NCBI GenBank assembly: GCA_030637655.1
Contig: DAOWGI010000016.1
Location: 1 to 45,227, forward strand
DNA length: 45,227 nucleotides
Direction: 5' to 3'
DNA from: a candidate division FCPU426 bacterium
GTDB lineage: Bacteria > Oederibacteriota > JAAXVQ01 > JAUVAV01
Part shown: positions 19,452-28,700 of the stretch, in pieces
Position numbering within the stretch: position 1 is the first letter of the stretch
Layout: every line of letters begins with the position of its first letter
Notes under the pieces: generated by a model
The model's input: only the letters and a program-made list of their open reading frames with translations
Told to the model about the DNA's origin: nothing
Databases searched by the model: none
Made by a program: the position numbers and the translations under genes

Positions 19452-20313
19452 TCTGTTTTTTACGCTGCTTTTATCTGCGGCGCCGGGCTTGTATGCCGAA
19501 GTCACGCCCACTGCCAAGGAATTCACGGCTGAGGGAGTAATCCGGGCAAAGGTTCAAGCCGAACGCGCGGTTTTTGCCGGCCGTTTGGATGCGGGCTTTC
19601 TCATGGAAACACTGGCCAAAAAAAGCAATGGATTGAAATTGCCGACAGAGCCCCTCTACCTGTATCAGGAAGTGGATCCGGTTCCTCTGCAATCCTATAA
19701 GGTATTTACGCCCTGGCTCAATCATTTCAAACAGTCCGTGGTTTTTGTTATCGGCCGCCTGGACCCCAAACGATTGAAAATCGCGCGCTGGTCAGTCAGT
19801 TTGCATGATCAAACCGGCAGGGAAATCAAGACCTTTAGCGGAGTGGGTCACCCGCCGGTCGCTTTTTATTGGAATGCCCGCGATTGGGAGCGTAATCCCC
19901 TGGCAGTGGGCACAGGCTATATTCCGGAAATCACGCTGGTCGATTATTACGGGGCCAAAGTGAATTTGCCCCAGCCAACTCTTTATCTGGACCAATTCAT
20001 ATGGGAAAGTCCCCGGTGTTTGCGGGCCGGCATTGTTCAGGACAGTGTATTTCAAAAAAAACGCGCGGGATTTTCCCGCGTTGGCAATGTGATTATGCAG
20101 GAGTTGTCCAATATTGTTAACCAGCACGACACGGTCTTACTGGATATTGAATGCTTTGGTCCGGACCTGGATATGGTCAATGAACGGGCTGAGGTTTTAA
20201 AAAAATATTTTGCCAAAGAAAATATGCGTTTAAAAAAAATCCGGATAAAAAGTGTTGCCCTTTCCGGGGAACCGGTGTTTTATATAATAGCCACCAGGCT
20301 GAAAACCCGGTGA
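19411..20313 (+). CDS. Exported protein with a FlgD-Ig-like domain and a degenerate OmpA-like C-terminal domain
   Basis: h-region FLFFTLLLSAAPGLYA; WSVSLHD..GREIKTFSG.G.PP..FYW..RD; VF....A.F...NERAE.LKKYF. Confidence 0.6.
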   Translation: MIFKSAFIGVHRRFLFFTLLLSAAPGLYAEVTPTAKEFTAEGVIRAKVQAERAVFAGRLDAGFLMETLAKKSNGLKLPTEPLYLYQEVDPVPLQSYKVFTPWLNHFKQSVVFVIGRLDPKRLKIARWSVSLHDQTGREIKTFSGVGHPPVAFYWNARDWERNPLAVGTGYIPEITLVDYYGAKVNLPQPTLYLDQFIWESPRCLRAGIVQDSVFQKKRAGFSRVGNVIMQELSNIVNQHDTVLLDIECFGPDLDMVNERAEVLKKYFAKENMRLKKIRIKSVALSGEPVFYIIATRLKTR

Positions 20314-20342
20314 TTCACCGCCGAGACGCAGAGGAAGATCAA

Positions 20343-20753
20343 ATGATAAAAGCGGAACCGCCGATAAACGCCGATGAACGCAGATTGGAATTGGATAAAA
20401 TCACAAAAACTGTTATTGGCTGTGCCTATACTGTAGGAAATACATTAGGTTGTGGTTTTCTTGAAAAAGTTTATGAAAACGCACTATTTTATGAGCTTAG
20501 GAAGTCAGGATTAGAAGTGGGTCAGCAATATAGCATAAAAGTGAAATATAATAATATCATTGTAGGAGAATTTACTGCAGACTTGTTAGTAGAAAAACAG
20601 GTGTTGGTGGAATTGAAGACAGTTAAAACGTGGGATGAGGTTCATATGGCCCAATGTCTAAATTATATTAAAGCTACGGGGCTAAATATATGTTTGCTTA
20701 TTAATTTTGGTAAATCTAAAGTAGAGATAAAGAGAGTGGTTTGTGATTTTTAA
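20343..20753 (+). CDS. GxxExxY protein (PD-(D/E)XK nuclease-like)
   Basis: LGCGFLEKVYENAL, ADLLVE..VLVELK, H.AQ.LNY.KATG...LLINFG; ATG 20343 is conserved in the deleted copy. Confidence 0.9.
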   Translation: MIKAEPPINADERRLELDKITKTVIGCAYTVGNTLGCGFLEKVYENALFYELRKSGLEVGQQYSIKVKYNNIIVGEFTADLLVEKQVLVELKTVKTWDEVHMAQCLNYIKATGLNICLLINFGKSKVEIKRVVCDF

Positions 20754-20783
20754 ATCAGCGTGCATCGGCGTTTATCGGCGGTT
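20356..20783. repeat. 31-bp inverted repeats bracketing the GxxExxY gene
   Basis: aaccgccgataaacgccgatgaacgcagatt (20356-20386) / aatcagcgtgcatcggcgtttatcggcggtt (20753-20783). Confidence 0.85.
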
Positions 20784-20833
20784 TAAAATTTTACGTATTT
20801 TGTGTCTAAATAATTATTTAAGGAGTGATAACT

Positions 20834-21445
20834 ATGCATGATGTTGAATGGATGTCATTATTACTTTCAAGTCCAACCCTGATAGTGCTGCTGTTTTGTT
20901 CAATTATATCGGTGATCTTTATTCTGGAGCGGGGACTTTATTATCTGCTTAATCTGCCGAATACGGAAAAATTCATCCAGGCCATCAAGCCGCTTATCCG
21001 GGAAAAAGATATCCCCGCCGCCCTGTCTTATTGTGAGAAACAACGCGGTCCCATGGCCCGCGTGGTATACGCGACTATTGAAAATTCCAAGGAATCTTTG
21101 GAAAGCCTGACTAATCTGCTTTCCAGTCTGGTCAAAAAGGAAGAGGTGCTATTGGAGCGTTTTTTGGGCATCCTGGGAACCCTGGGCAATACGGCGCCGT
21201 TTATCGGCTTGCTGGGAACAGTCATCGGTATTATAAAGGCTTTTCAAGCGCTCTCAGCCGCGGGCTCGGGCGGACCGAATGTGGTGGCTGCCGGGATTGC
21301 CGAAGCGCTGATCGCTACTGCCGCGGGTCTGATAGTCGCCATCCCGGCGGTTATTTTCTATAACTACTACGTCTCCCGCGTGCGCCAGACCATTACTGAT
21401 ATTGAAGCCGCGGTGGAACAAGTGCTGTTTTTTATAAAGAAATAA
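20834..21445 (+). CDS. exbB: MotA/TolQ/ExbB proton channel protein
   Basis: RBS aaggag; LGTLGNTAPFIGLLGTVIGIIKAF, GIAEALIATAAGL.VAIPA..YN. Confidence 0.92.
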   Translation: MHDVEWMSLLLSSPTLIVLLFCSIISVIFILERGLYYLLNLPNTEKFIQAIKPLIREKDIPAALSYCEKQRGPMARVVYATIENSKESLESLTNLLSSLVKKEEVLLERFLGILGTLGNTAPFIGLLGTVIGIIKAFQALSAAGSGGPNVVAAGIAEALIATAAGLIVAIPAVIFYNYYVSRVRQTITDIEAAVEQVLFFIKK

Positions 21446-21447
21446 TC

Positions 21448-21471
21448 GTAGGGGCGGGGTTTCCCCGCCCT
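21448..21471. repeat. GTAG-tagged REP-like palindrome
   Basis: gtaggggcggggtttccccgccct. Confidence 0.7.
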
Positions 21472-21488
21472 GACAAAATTGGTGAAAA

Positions 21489-21917
21489 ATGTTAGATACC
21501 AAAAAACCGATCGTTACAATTAATTTAACGCCCCTGGTGGATGTCAGCCTGGTGCTGGTCGTGATATTCATGGCCACTGCGCCCATGTTCCTGCAAAGCG
21601 GCATTATTGTCACTTCCGGAGAAAAAAAAGTCATTACCACGGCCAAACCAACAGCCGCCAGGTCTGACAATATAGTGATTAAACTGGCAAAAGATAAAAT
21701 CTGGCTGAATCAACATCTTACCACTGAGGCGGAATTAGAGGGATTGCTGAAACGTATGCTGGCGGAATCTAAAACCCGGCGCGTGATTGTAAATCCCAGC
21801 CGGGAAGTTAAGCACGGCCAGGTCATCCGCGTCATGGATATTGCCAAGCAGTCCGGGGCGGATAATCTGGTGATTCTGGGAAAATCCAAAAAAGGAACCG
21901 CCGATGAACGCCGATAA
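21489..21917 (+). CDS. exbD: ExbD/TolR family protein 1
   Basis: INLTPLVDVSLVLVVIFM; V.HG.VI.VMD.AK.SGA. Confidence 0.9.
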   Translation: MLDTKKPIVTINLTPLVDVSLVLVVIFMATAPMFLQSGIIVTSGEKKVITTAKPTAARSDNIVIKLAKDKIWLNQHLTTEAELEGLLKRMLAESKTRRVIVNPSREVKHGQVIRVMDIAKQSGADNLVILGKSKKGTADERR

Positions 21918-22041
21918 ACGCAGATTTAAAAAGAAGTTCGCGAAAAAATAATTATCTTAGTGTCTTGGCAACTATAAATATCTGCGTTTATCTGCGTTCA
22001 TCGGCGGTTTAAATCTTTACGTACTTTGCGTCTCTGCGGTG
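21896..22041. repeat. Third (gene-less) copy of the GxxExxY-type inverted-repeat unit
   Basis: aaccgccgatgaacgccgataaacgcagatt (21896-21926) / atctgcgtttatctgcgttcatcggcggtt (21980-22009); right flank taaatctttacgtactttgcgtct resembles 20784-20807. Confidence 0.8.
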
Positions 22042-22069
22042 AAGAATTTATTTTCAGGAGGCTTTTGTC

Positions 22070-22489
22070 TTGCTCAAGAGCATGATGCGCAGTAAAAAAT
22101 CACAAGAACTTCTGACTGAAATTAACGTTACGCCGCTGGTGGATGTTTGTCTGGTTTTGGTGATTATTTTTATGATTACCACCACTGCTTTTCTTGAACC
22201 GCCATTTGAAATTATACTCCCCAAGGCGCATACTGCGGAACAAACCAAAGAAGAAAATATTTTTGTGGCTGTCAGCCCGGATGGCAGCCTGGCGGTTAAT
22301 GAGAGCCGTATTGATCCTGGGGCGTTTTTTGAAATAATTGCCGCCAAACTGAAGCAGAGCCGGATGAAACTGGTGGTGATCCGCGCAGATGAAGACGCCT
22401 TGAGCGGAGCAGTGATAGATGTATTGAATATTGTCAAAAAAGCCGGAGCCCGGCGCATTACCTTTGGTACTGAAGAAATAAAGGAGTAG
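22070..22489 (+). CDS. exbD: ExbD/TolR family protein 2
   Basis: RBS caggagg; EINVTPLVDVCLVLVIIFM; IRAD....G.VIDVL..VK.AGA. Confidence 0.9.
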   Translation: MLKSMMRSKKSQELLTEINVTPLVDVCLVLVIIFMITTTAFLEPPFEIILPKAHTAEQTKEENIFVAVSPDGSLAVNESRIDPGAFFEIIAAKLKQSRMKLVVIRADEDALSGAVIDVLNIVKKAGARRITFGTEEIKE

Positions 22490-22494
22490 GCGCC

Positions 22495-23415
22495 ATGTTT
22501 TTGGATCGCGCAAATATGAGAGTTCAAATGACAGTGGTGATATCCGTGGGGATTCATTTGGCTCTCTTGAATATGTTCGGATCAAAAAAATTCAGCGAAA
22601 CGCCCAGGAGTATTAAACTTACTGAGATCGAATATCAGGAAGAGGTGTCCAAACCTACAGAGATTGAAAAGCTGATGACTAAACTGGCCGCGCCGTCTAA
22701 AGCGTTGTCTAAGACAACACCTGCGTCTTCGCAGATAGAGGCCATAGAGGAATTACAGAGAGCGTCTTTTAGTAAGGTTGTGGGGGTGCGGGAACAACTC
22801 AAAGTGGATGAGATTACTGAGGCGGATCTTACGCGCTTGGCTGTTTTGCCCAAATTGGACATTGGGAAGAAGCTGTCGGCAGCGCCGTCTATTCAAAAGG
22901 CGTCGAAACGGATTGCCTTAGTGCGCTCCCGGACTTCTGCCAGTCAGTCCCTGGAATCCAGGGTCGTGCCTTTGGATGAATTGCCGCCCGCGGATTTTGG
23001 GCCGGAAATCAGCCGACGTGGTTTTCAGCAGCCTGAGCTGATTATCAAGAAAGTCAAAGCCGCGAGGAGAGAGAAAAAAGCGAAAATTGATAGCGTGAAA
23101 CAACTAAGCTTGCGAAGAGACAGCTTTATATCCGGCGAGGTGAAAAACCGGGAAATCCTGCATAGGGAGTTCCCCCGGGTTCCACGTTGGCTGGAGGAAA
23201 AGGGTATAGAAGCTAAGGTGGTTATCCGCTTTGTGGTGAATCCGGATGGCGAAGTCGGGGATAAGGTTTTTGTGGAAAAAACCTCAGGCTATGCTGAACT
23301 GGACCGCTTGGCTATTGCGGCTCTGAAAAAATTCATATTTGCGCCTCTGCCTTTGACTGCCAGGCAGGCGGAACAAAAGGGGACGATTGTTATTCGGTTT
23401 TTATTAACTAAATAG
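22495..23415 (+). CDS. tonB: TonB family energy transducer
   Basis: N-terminal TM SVGIH (SxxxH); C-terminal P.VP....GIEA.V.IRFVV..DG.V...SGY.ELD..A..A.K.F.F.P. Confidence 0.85.
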   Translation: MFLDRANMRVQMTVVISVGIHLALLNMFGSKKFSETPRSIKLTEIEYQEEVSKPTEIEKLMTKLAAPSKALSKTTPASSQIEAIEELQRASFSKVVGVREQLKVDEITEADLTRLAVLPKLDIGKKLSAAPSIQKASKRIALVRSRTSASQSLESRVVPLDELPPADFGPEISRRGFQQPELIIKKVKAARREKKAKIDSVKQLSLRRDSFISGEVKNREILHREFPRVPRWLEEKGIEAKVVIRFVVNPDGEVGDKVFVEKTSGYAELDRLAIAALKKFIFAPLPLTARQAEQKGTIVIRFLLTK

Positions 23416-23540
23416 TACTTGATTTCGAAAACGTATCCTACGATATAATCCACTTCAACTTTTTCGATAAAGAGAGTAAAAAGTTTCTTAGCAAATTGAG
23501 TCTGTATGAATAATAAAAATAGTAATGAAATGCATTTTTT

Positions 23541-23572
23541 TGTAATAATGCAAAACTAAATTTCGTCTAATA
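23541..23572 (+). promoter_or_regulatory. Putative ECF-sigma-like promoter motif, copy 3
   Basis: TGTAAT-17 nt-CGTCTAATA. Confidence 0.4.
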
Positions 23573-23753
23573 GATGAAGCTGTATTAATTAGAATAGCTT
23601 GTTTGGCAAAAAAAAAATGTGCAAAAGCAAAAAAAAATTTACATAAGGAGGTAGATATTCAATTTGCAGTTAACGGCTATATTTTATAGTGGTATTTTCC
23701 CGGGATGTCAGTGAAAAGGCTTGGGAAAATCGAAAAACACAGCGTTTGCTTTC

Positions 23754-23782
23754 TTGACATTTGATATAAAATGGTTTAGTTT
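23754..23782 (+). promoter_or_regulatory. Putative sigma70 promoter
   Basis: TTGACA-17 nt-TAGTTT; RBS aaggggga before ATG 23823. Confidence 0.55.
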
Positions 23783-23822
23783 AAGTACTAATTTCAAGCT
23801 GAAATATACTTAAGGGGGATAG

Positions 23823-24389
23823 ATGATGAGACTATTAAGAGTACTATTAATTACAGTTTTTGCCTTGAGCAGCATAGGTTTGGCACAAGCCAAAGTTTTG
23901 GTTGATATGAGTAGTGATTTTAAGAATTGGCGGGATGAAAGTTCAAATCCTGGATTTAATGCTGAATTTAAAATGAGTAAAGAAAAAAAGTATGGAATTA
24001 TCAGTTTAGCTCCGGATCATAAGTTTGGAAAAGTAATGTCTCCTGAAGAAGGAGTTACTGTAAATATTGATGAAAACACCAAAATTTTCATCAAATTAAA
24101 AGAAGATATTGAAGACGGATCAGTTACAGTCAATTTAATGACCGCTGCTGAACCTTATGATGCTCACAAGATTATTGGGTCAGTTGATAAAAAAGGTGTT
24201 TACTTTGCCAAGATAGCAGAAAAGACACCTTGGAGCGGCAAACACTCATTTTGGGTTGAAGTTTGGTTAGGTGGCGAAAATAATCCTAAAGCCAGACTTT
24301 CCGGACTCAAAATTACAGATGGTAAAAAAACAGTAAAAAAAAAGATGAGAAAAGTAAAGAAGAGAAGTGCAGTGAAAAAAAGTAAATAA
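23823..24389 (+). CDS. Secreted protein: one copy of the repeated CBM-like domain + Lys/Arg-rich tail
   Basis: Signal peptide (AQA-K); WRD..NPGF..FGKVMSP..KTPWSG.HSFWVEVWL; tail KKTVKKKMRKVKKRSAVKKSK. Confidence 0.75.
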   Translation: MMRLLRVLLITVFALSSIGLAQAKVLVDMSSDFKNWRDESSNPGFNAEFKMSKEKKYGIISLAPDHKFGKVMSPEEGVTVNIDENTKIFIKLKEDIEDGSVTVNLMTAAEPYDAHKIIGSVDKKGVYFAKIAEKTPWSGKHSFWVEVWLGGENNPKARLSGLKITDGKKTVKKKMRKVKKRSAVKKSK

Positions 24390-24609
24390 TCATTGTTTGT
24401 GCGAATGAATTAAAACAATACTTTGGCTTCTATTAGCATTGTTGTGTTTAATATATAAGCACGACAATGATGGGATTTTTTATACCAACATTTGTTATCC
24501 TGTATTTTGACCTTTCGGCCTTGATAACAAGAAGTTGCCATTATTTCCTTGGAGCTCAATATAAAATTGTTTGCTAATTGTTTGCTATATGGAGAGGATA
24601 ATCCAACGC

Positions 24610-25668
24610 ATGAAAAAGATTGTAGTATCAATATCTTTATTAACATTTCTGAGTTTTTCCTTATGGCTTTCCCTTTCATTATCAGCTGCTAAAAACAAAA
24701 ACGATGGCAATGAGCTGGGTGTCGTATACAAAGACAATTTTAAAAACTGGCGCGACAACCTAACTGATCCAGGTTTTAATACATATGTAAAAAAGAAAGG
24801 CAAGCAGTTGATTATTTCCACAAAACAAGCAGAATATGGCAAAGCCATGTCTCAGTTTGATCCCATTACCTTTAAAATTACTGAGAGAACTGATTTTGTG
24901 GTAAAGGTATCTCGTGTTAAGCAAGATACAAAAGCCTCTTTACGTATTATGAAAGCCTACGAACCTTTCGAGACCATCGAGTTTTTTAAATTGGAGGGTG
25001 AAGGCGGTGAATTTAAATCCAATCTGCAAGAGCTTACCGGTTGGGAAGGCGAGACGGATATGTGGCTTGAGATTTGGCTGGAAGGCAAACATAGCAAGAT
25101 AATTATTGATAATATTTATTTCTGGGATGAAGAAGTCTATAAAAAGCAGCAGAAAAAACAGGCGATGGCAGCTTTTACCAAGAAAAAATTCAAAGCTATT
25201 CCTAAGGGGAATATTTTTTATGAAGATTTTCGTAAGGGCTTGAATGGTTGGCGCACCGAAGAAAGTGATAACGGATTTGGAAGTGAATTGAATTTTACTA
25301 AAAGATATCCTCGTTTGAAAATTGTGCCTGGTAAGAAATATGGCAAATTTATGTCACCTGCCCAACCAATAAAAGCAATCATTACCCGGAATACTCAGCT
25401 TGAGATAGCTACTGGTGATATGGGTACAAGTAATATGAAAATAGAGCTCATGGTTGCGCATGCACCCTATAATGCCTTCACCATAATACCTGATATTAAA
25501 AAACCAGGTATTTATGTGATGAATATTTCAGAGAAGACAGAATGGAAAGGAAACAAAGAATTTTGGGTACAAATCTGGTTGGGTTCTGAAGAATCCCCTG
25601 AAAATGAAAAAGGCGCGGAAATCAAGCATATCCGCATATTTGACGAAAAAAATTCGGCAAAGAACTAG
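24610..25668 (+). CDS. Secreted protein with two copies of the repeated CBM-like domain
   Basis: ATG 24610 with RBS ggagagga; WRD..YGKAMS..TGWEG..IWL and GWRT..YGKFMSP..TEWKG..IWL. Confidence 0.75.
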   Translation: MKKIVVSISLLTFLSFSLWLSLSLSAAKNKNDGNELGVVYKDNFKNWRDNLTDPGFNTYVKKKGKQLIISTKQAEYGKAMSQFDPITFKITERTDFVVKVSRVKQDTKASLRIMKAYEPFETIEFFKLEGEGGEFKSNLQELTGWEGETDMWLEIWLEGKHSKIIIDNIYFWDEEVYKKQQKKQAMAAFTKKKFKAIPKGNIFYEDFRKGLNGWRTEESDNGFGSELNFTKRYPRLKIVPGKKYGKFMSPAQPIKAIITRNTQLEIATGDMGTSNMKIELMVAHAPYNAFTIIPDIKKPGIYVMNISEKTEWKGNKEFWVQIWLGSEESPENEKGAEIKHIRIFDEKNSAKN

Positions 25669-25711
25669 TTGTATTACTGTGACAAATAAATACCAAAGGA
25701 CGAGTGAGCAC

Positions 25712-28700
25712 ATGAGAAAAAATACAACTTTTTTACTTTTATTGGCATTCTGTTTTAGCTTTATGAGTACTGTTCCGGTACTGGCAATACAAAAATACTA
25801 TAAAGCGGAATTTCGCGGCTGGCGGGATGAGAATACCAGTCTTGGCTTTCATGCCACTATTGTTGGTAAGAAGAATGAAGCTTTAGTGACTGTTCCGATT
25901 GAATATGAGTTTGGTAAAGTCATGACCAAAGAGCAAGGCATGACCATGGATATTACACCGAACCTGAGTTTGCAGATTACAGTTGATGCTATTACAGATG
26001 AAAGCTCTTTGGAAGTTGAAATCATGGAATCGCAGCCTCCTTATTCCGGCCATAAAATCCTTAAAAACATTAAAGATCCTGGAACTTACACGATTAAATT
26101 AAGTGAAAAAACCGGGTGGGAAGGGATGCGCAGTTTTTGGGTAGCCATCTGGCTGCATGGAGCCGGTGCAGAAGCTAAAGTGTCTAAATTACAGGTTGGT
26201 GAAGGCATTAAAATGATAAATGAGCCTTTAGCCGGCTTGAAGAAGAAACGTCCTCGTAATACCAAGAAAATATTTGGAAAAGGATTAAAAGAGACCAAGG
26301 ATGATTTTCGTCCGGATAAAGAAAAAAATTACGCGTATTATGAAGACTGGTCACAAGGTCTAAACGGTTGGCGGGATGACAGCATTGAAAAAGGGTTGAA
26401 TACTATAGCAGATATTACTGGCAAGCGGAAAATGGTGCTGAGTGTAAAACCCAAAGTTGCTTATGGTGTGTTTATGTCTCCGCCAAAACCATTAAAAGTG
26501 GATTTCAATATCTATCCTTTTTTGGAACTGGAAATGGGCCAAGCCTTAACTGATGGAAAAGTCCGGATTCGTCTGATCAATTCCCGCAATCCTGATGATT
26601 TCAGAATTATAATTCCTAATTTCGAACGTTCTGATGTGTATATGATGAATGTTCCGGATTTAACTGGTTGGCGTGAAGAAAAAAGCTTTTATCTGGAAAT
26701 TATGCTTGAAGGTGAAGATGCTGAATTGGCTGTTAATTCAATCGGTTTTTCCAAGAAAATGGCCACTATGCAGGGTATTCTGGTGCAAAATCAAACGGTG
26801 CCTGCCATTCAAATTGCACCATTAAAAACTTTGGAGGCACTTAATCTTTCTGTTTTCTCTGATCAGTCTTATCGTGCCCAATGGATGGATGGTGTTGCCA
26901 AAGATGCTGATAATTTTCGCGAATTAAACCGCTACGGTATTCCGCACAGAGACATTGGTTTTAATGAAATAAAGCAGATATTCTATCTTAATATGTACTT
27001 CCGTCCTACAGACAATATCGAATCCTGGTTGGGTCTTGGTTATGATATTACGAATGCTACCAACAATGTGGCCTGGGAAGAACCAGGCGGTCGGTATATG
27101 GATGCTCGCATTGATTTTGGTACCCTGCGTTATTATGATTTATACCTTGGGAATGTTGCACAGCTTGGTACTGTTTATGATCCCTTGTTTACTGATTTGA
27201 CATTTAAAAAGGACAAGGATTTTCGCGGTATTCTTTGGAAACCCAAGCTAGGGCAATGGCAATTTAAATTCTTTGGTACCCGCCTATCGACTAACAGCGG
27301 GAGCGGGAATAGAGAAAATATTTTTATGACTGCTGTCCGGGCAGTGCGTGGTTTTGTTTTTACTGGTTTAGGATCTTTGCAATTCGGTGTTTCAGCTATG
27401 AATATGACAAAGAGCAATGGTATTATGGATGATAATATTTTTACTGGACCAGATGAATCAGCGGCTGTGTATAAGCGATATGTTCAATCTTTATATGTAA
27501 AAATTGAGAATAATACTTTAGTACAAAATAGAACAGGTGAATATCATTATTCGAATTTATATATCAAGCCTTCTTATGATATTGAAGTGACTATAGGTAA
27601 TTCCAATGATGCTGATATTGTAGCTCCTTTAAATACAGATGCGTCTGGTAATCTTCCTTATTTTGATTCTGGGTATAATACTTACCTTGATGATAATGCC
27701 GGAAATTTTGAGATTCGCGAGGGTGGGAATGCTGTTGTGCGAATTCCTCTGATTATCAATCAAGGAATAAATACGGGGGAAAGAATTGATCCCAGCGAAG
27801 TAGAAGAGATTATTTTGGATTTACAATTGGGAATCTGGAATGTTCCTGAGCAAGGAACGGTTAATGTTAAGATTTCATCAGATGGGGAAACTTGGCAAAC
27901 AATACGAACCTATGATTTGGCTGATTTAGCTGGCCCAGGAACAGATCCCATTATCGATGAGTCTATAGTTCTTTCTGCTGCTCAATTAGCACAATACAAG
28001 CAAGGTACGTTTGAAGATGAAGAAACCATGGCTAAATCAATAGTTGGTCTTGATGTGAAAGGCCAGATCTTGGGAGTGAATATTAAAGGCGAAATGGCAA
28101 CATCAGTCGCCCATAATCAGACCTATACTGGTGAACGGGTTAATCGCATTGAACCGGCTGGATATATCAATTTATCCCGCGGTTTTGAAGGTGCGATTAT
28201 TAATGCGAGTTATTTTAACATCTCTGCTGAATATTCCACTTCTTTCTCAGGTTTTGATATGGTTGAAGATAATGATAATTCAGGGACCTTGAGGGATAGT
28301 CACGGCGATAAAGCTGGTGTGATTTTTGGTGATGTCTACAATATAGGTCAACCAAGTGCTGAATATACACACGATCTCTACATACCAAAAGATTACTTGT
28401 TCCATGAAAAAAGTGATAAAAACCACAACGGAATTCTGGACAGTCGTGAAAATGATCATGAACCGGATTATCCTTATCGCCGGGATCAGCGTGGTGTTGA
28501 AGTCTCTTTGATTGTTCCGCGTCAGGTTCTTTCAGGTCTTTATATGTCTAACGTGGAAATTGGCATTTATGGTCATCGTATTGAGCGTTTGTCGCGTCCA
28601 GGTCACAATGAATCCCTGGCTGCTTCTTTAAATTATCGTAATACAGATTATGCTGATATGGATTTCTCAGTGGGTGTGTATGGTGCTCGGATTCGCGATG

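Noticed and set aside
20310-20342. GTG start extension of the GxxExxY ORF
   Set aside because: It is encoded by outer repeat sequence; ATG 20343 has an SD-like gagga and is the start conserved in the deleted copy.
19330-22009. Repeats considered as a CRISPR array, DGR template or integron attC sites
   Set aside because: They are inverted pairs, not regularly spaced direct repeats. There is no cas, reverse transcriptase or integrase gene, no adenine-specific mismatch pattern and no clear attC core boxes.
20834-23415. Canonical Tol-Pal operon
   Set aside because: No tolB or pal adjacent, two ExbD paralogs and a TonB-type C-terminal domain.
23741-23750. LacI-like operator half-site agcgtttgct (also aagcgtttca near 7671)
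   Set aside because: Only half-palindromes and no regulator gene in the window; too weak.
25604-25711. Longer N-terminus given in the ORF track
   Set aside because: It overlaps the upstream gene; ATG 25712 gives a normal signal peptide. Similar start trimming was applied to several other ORFs.
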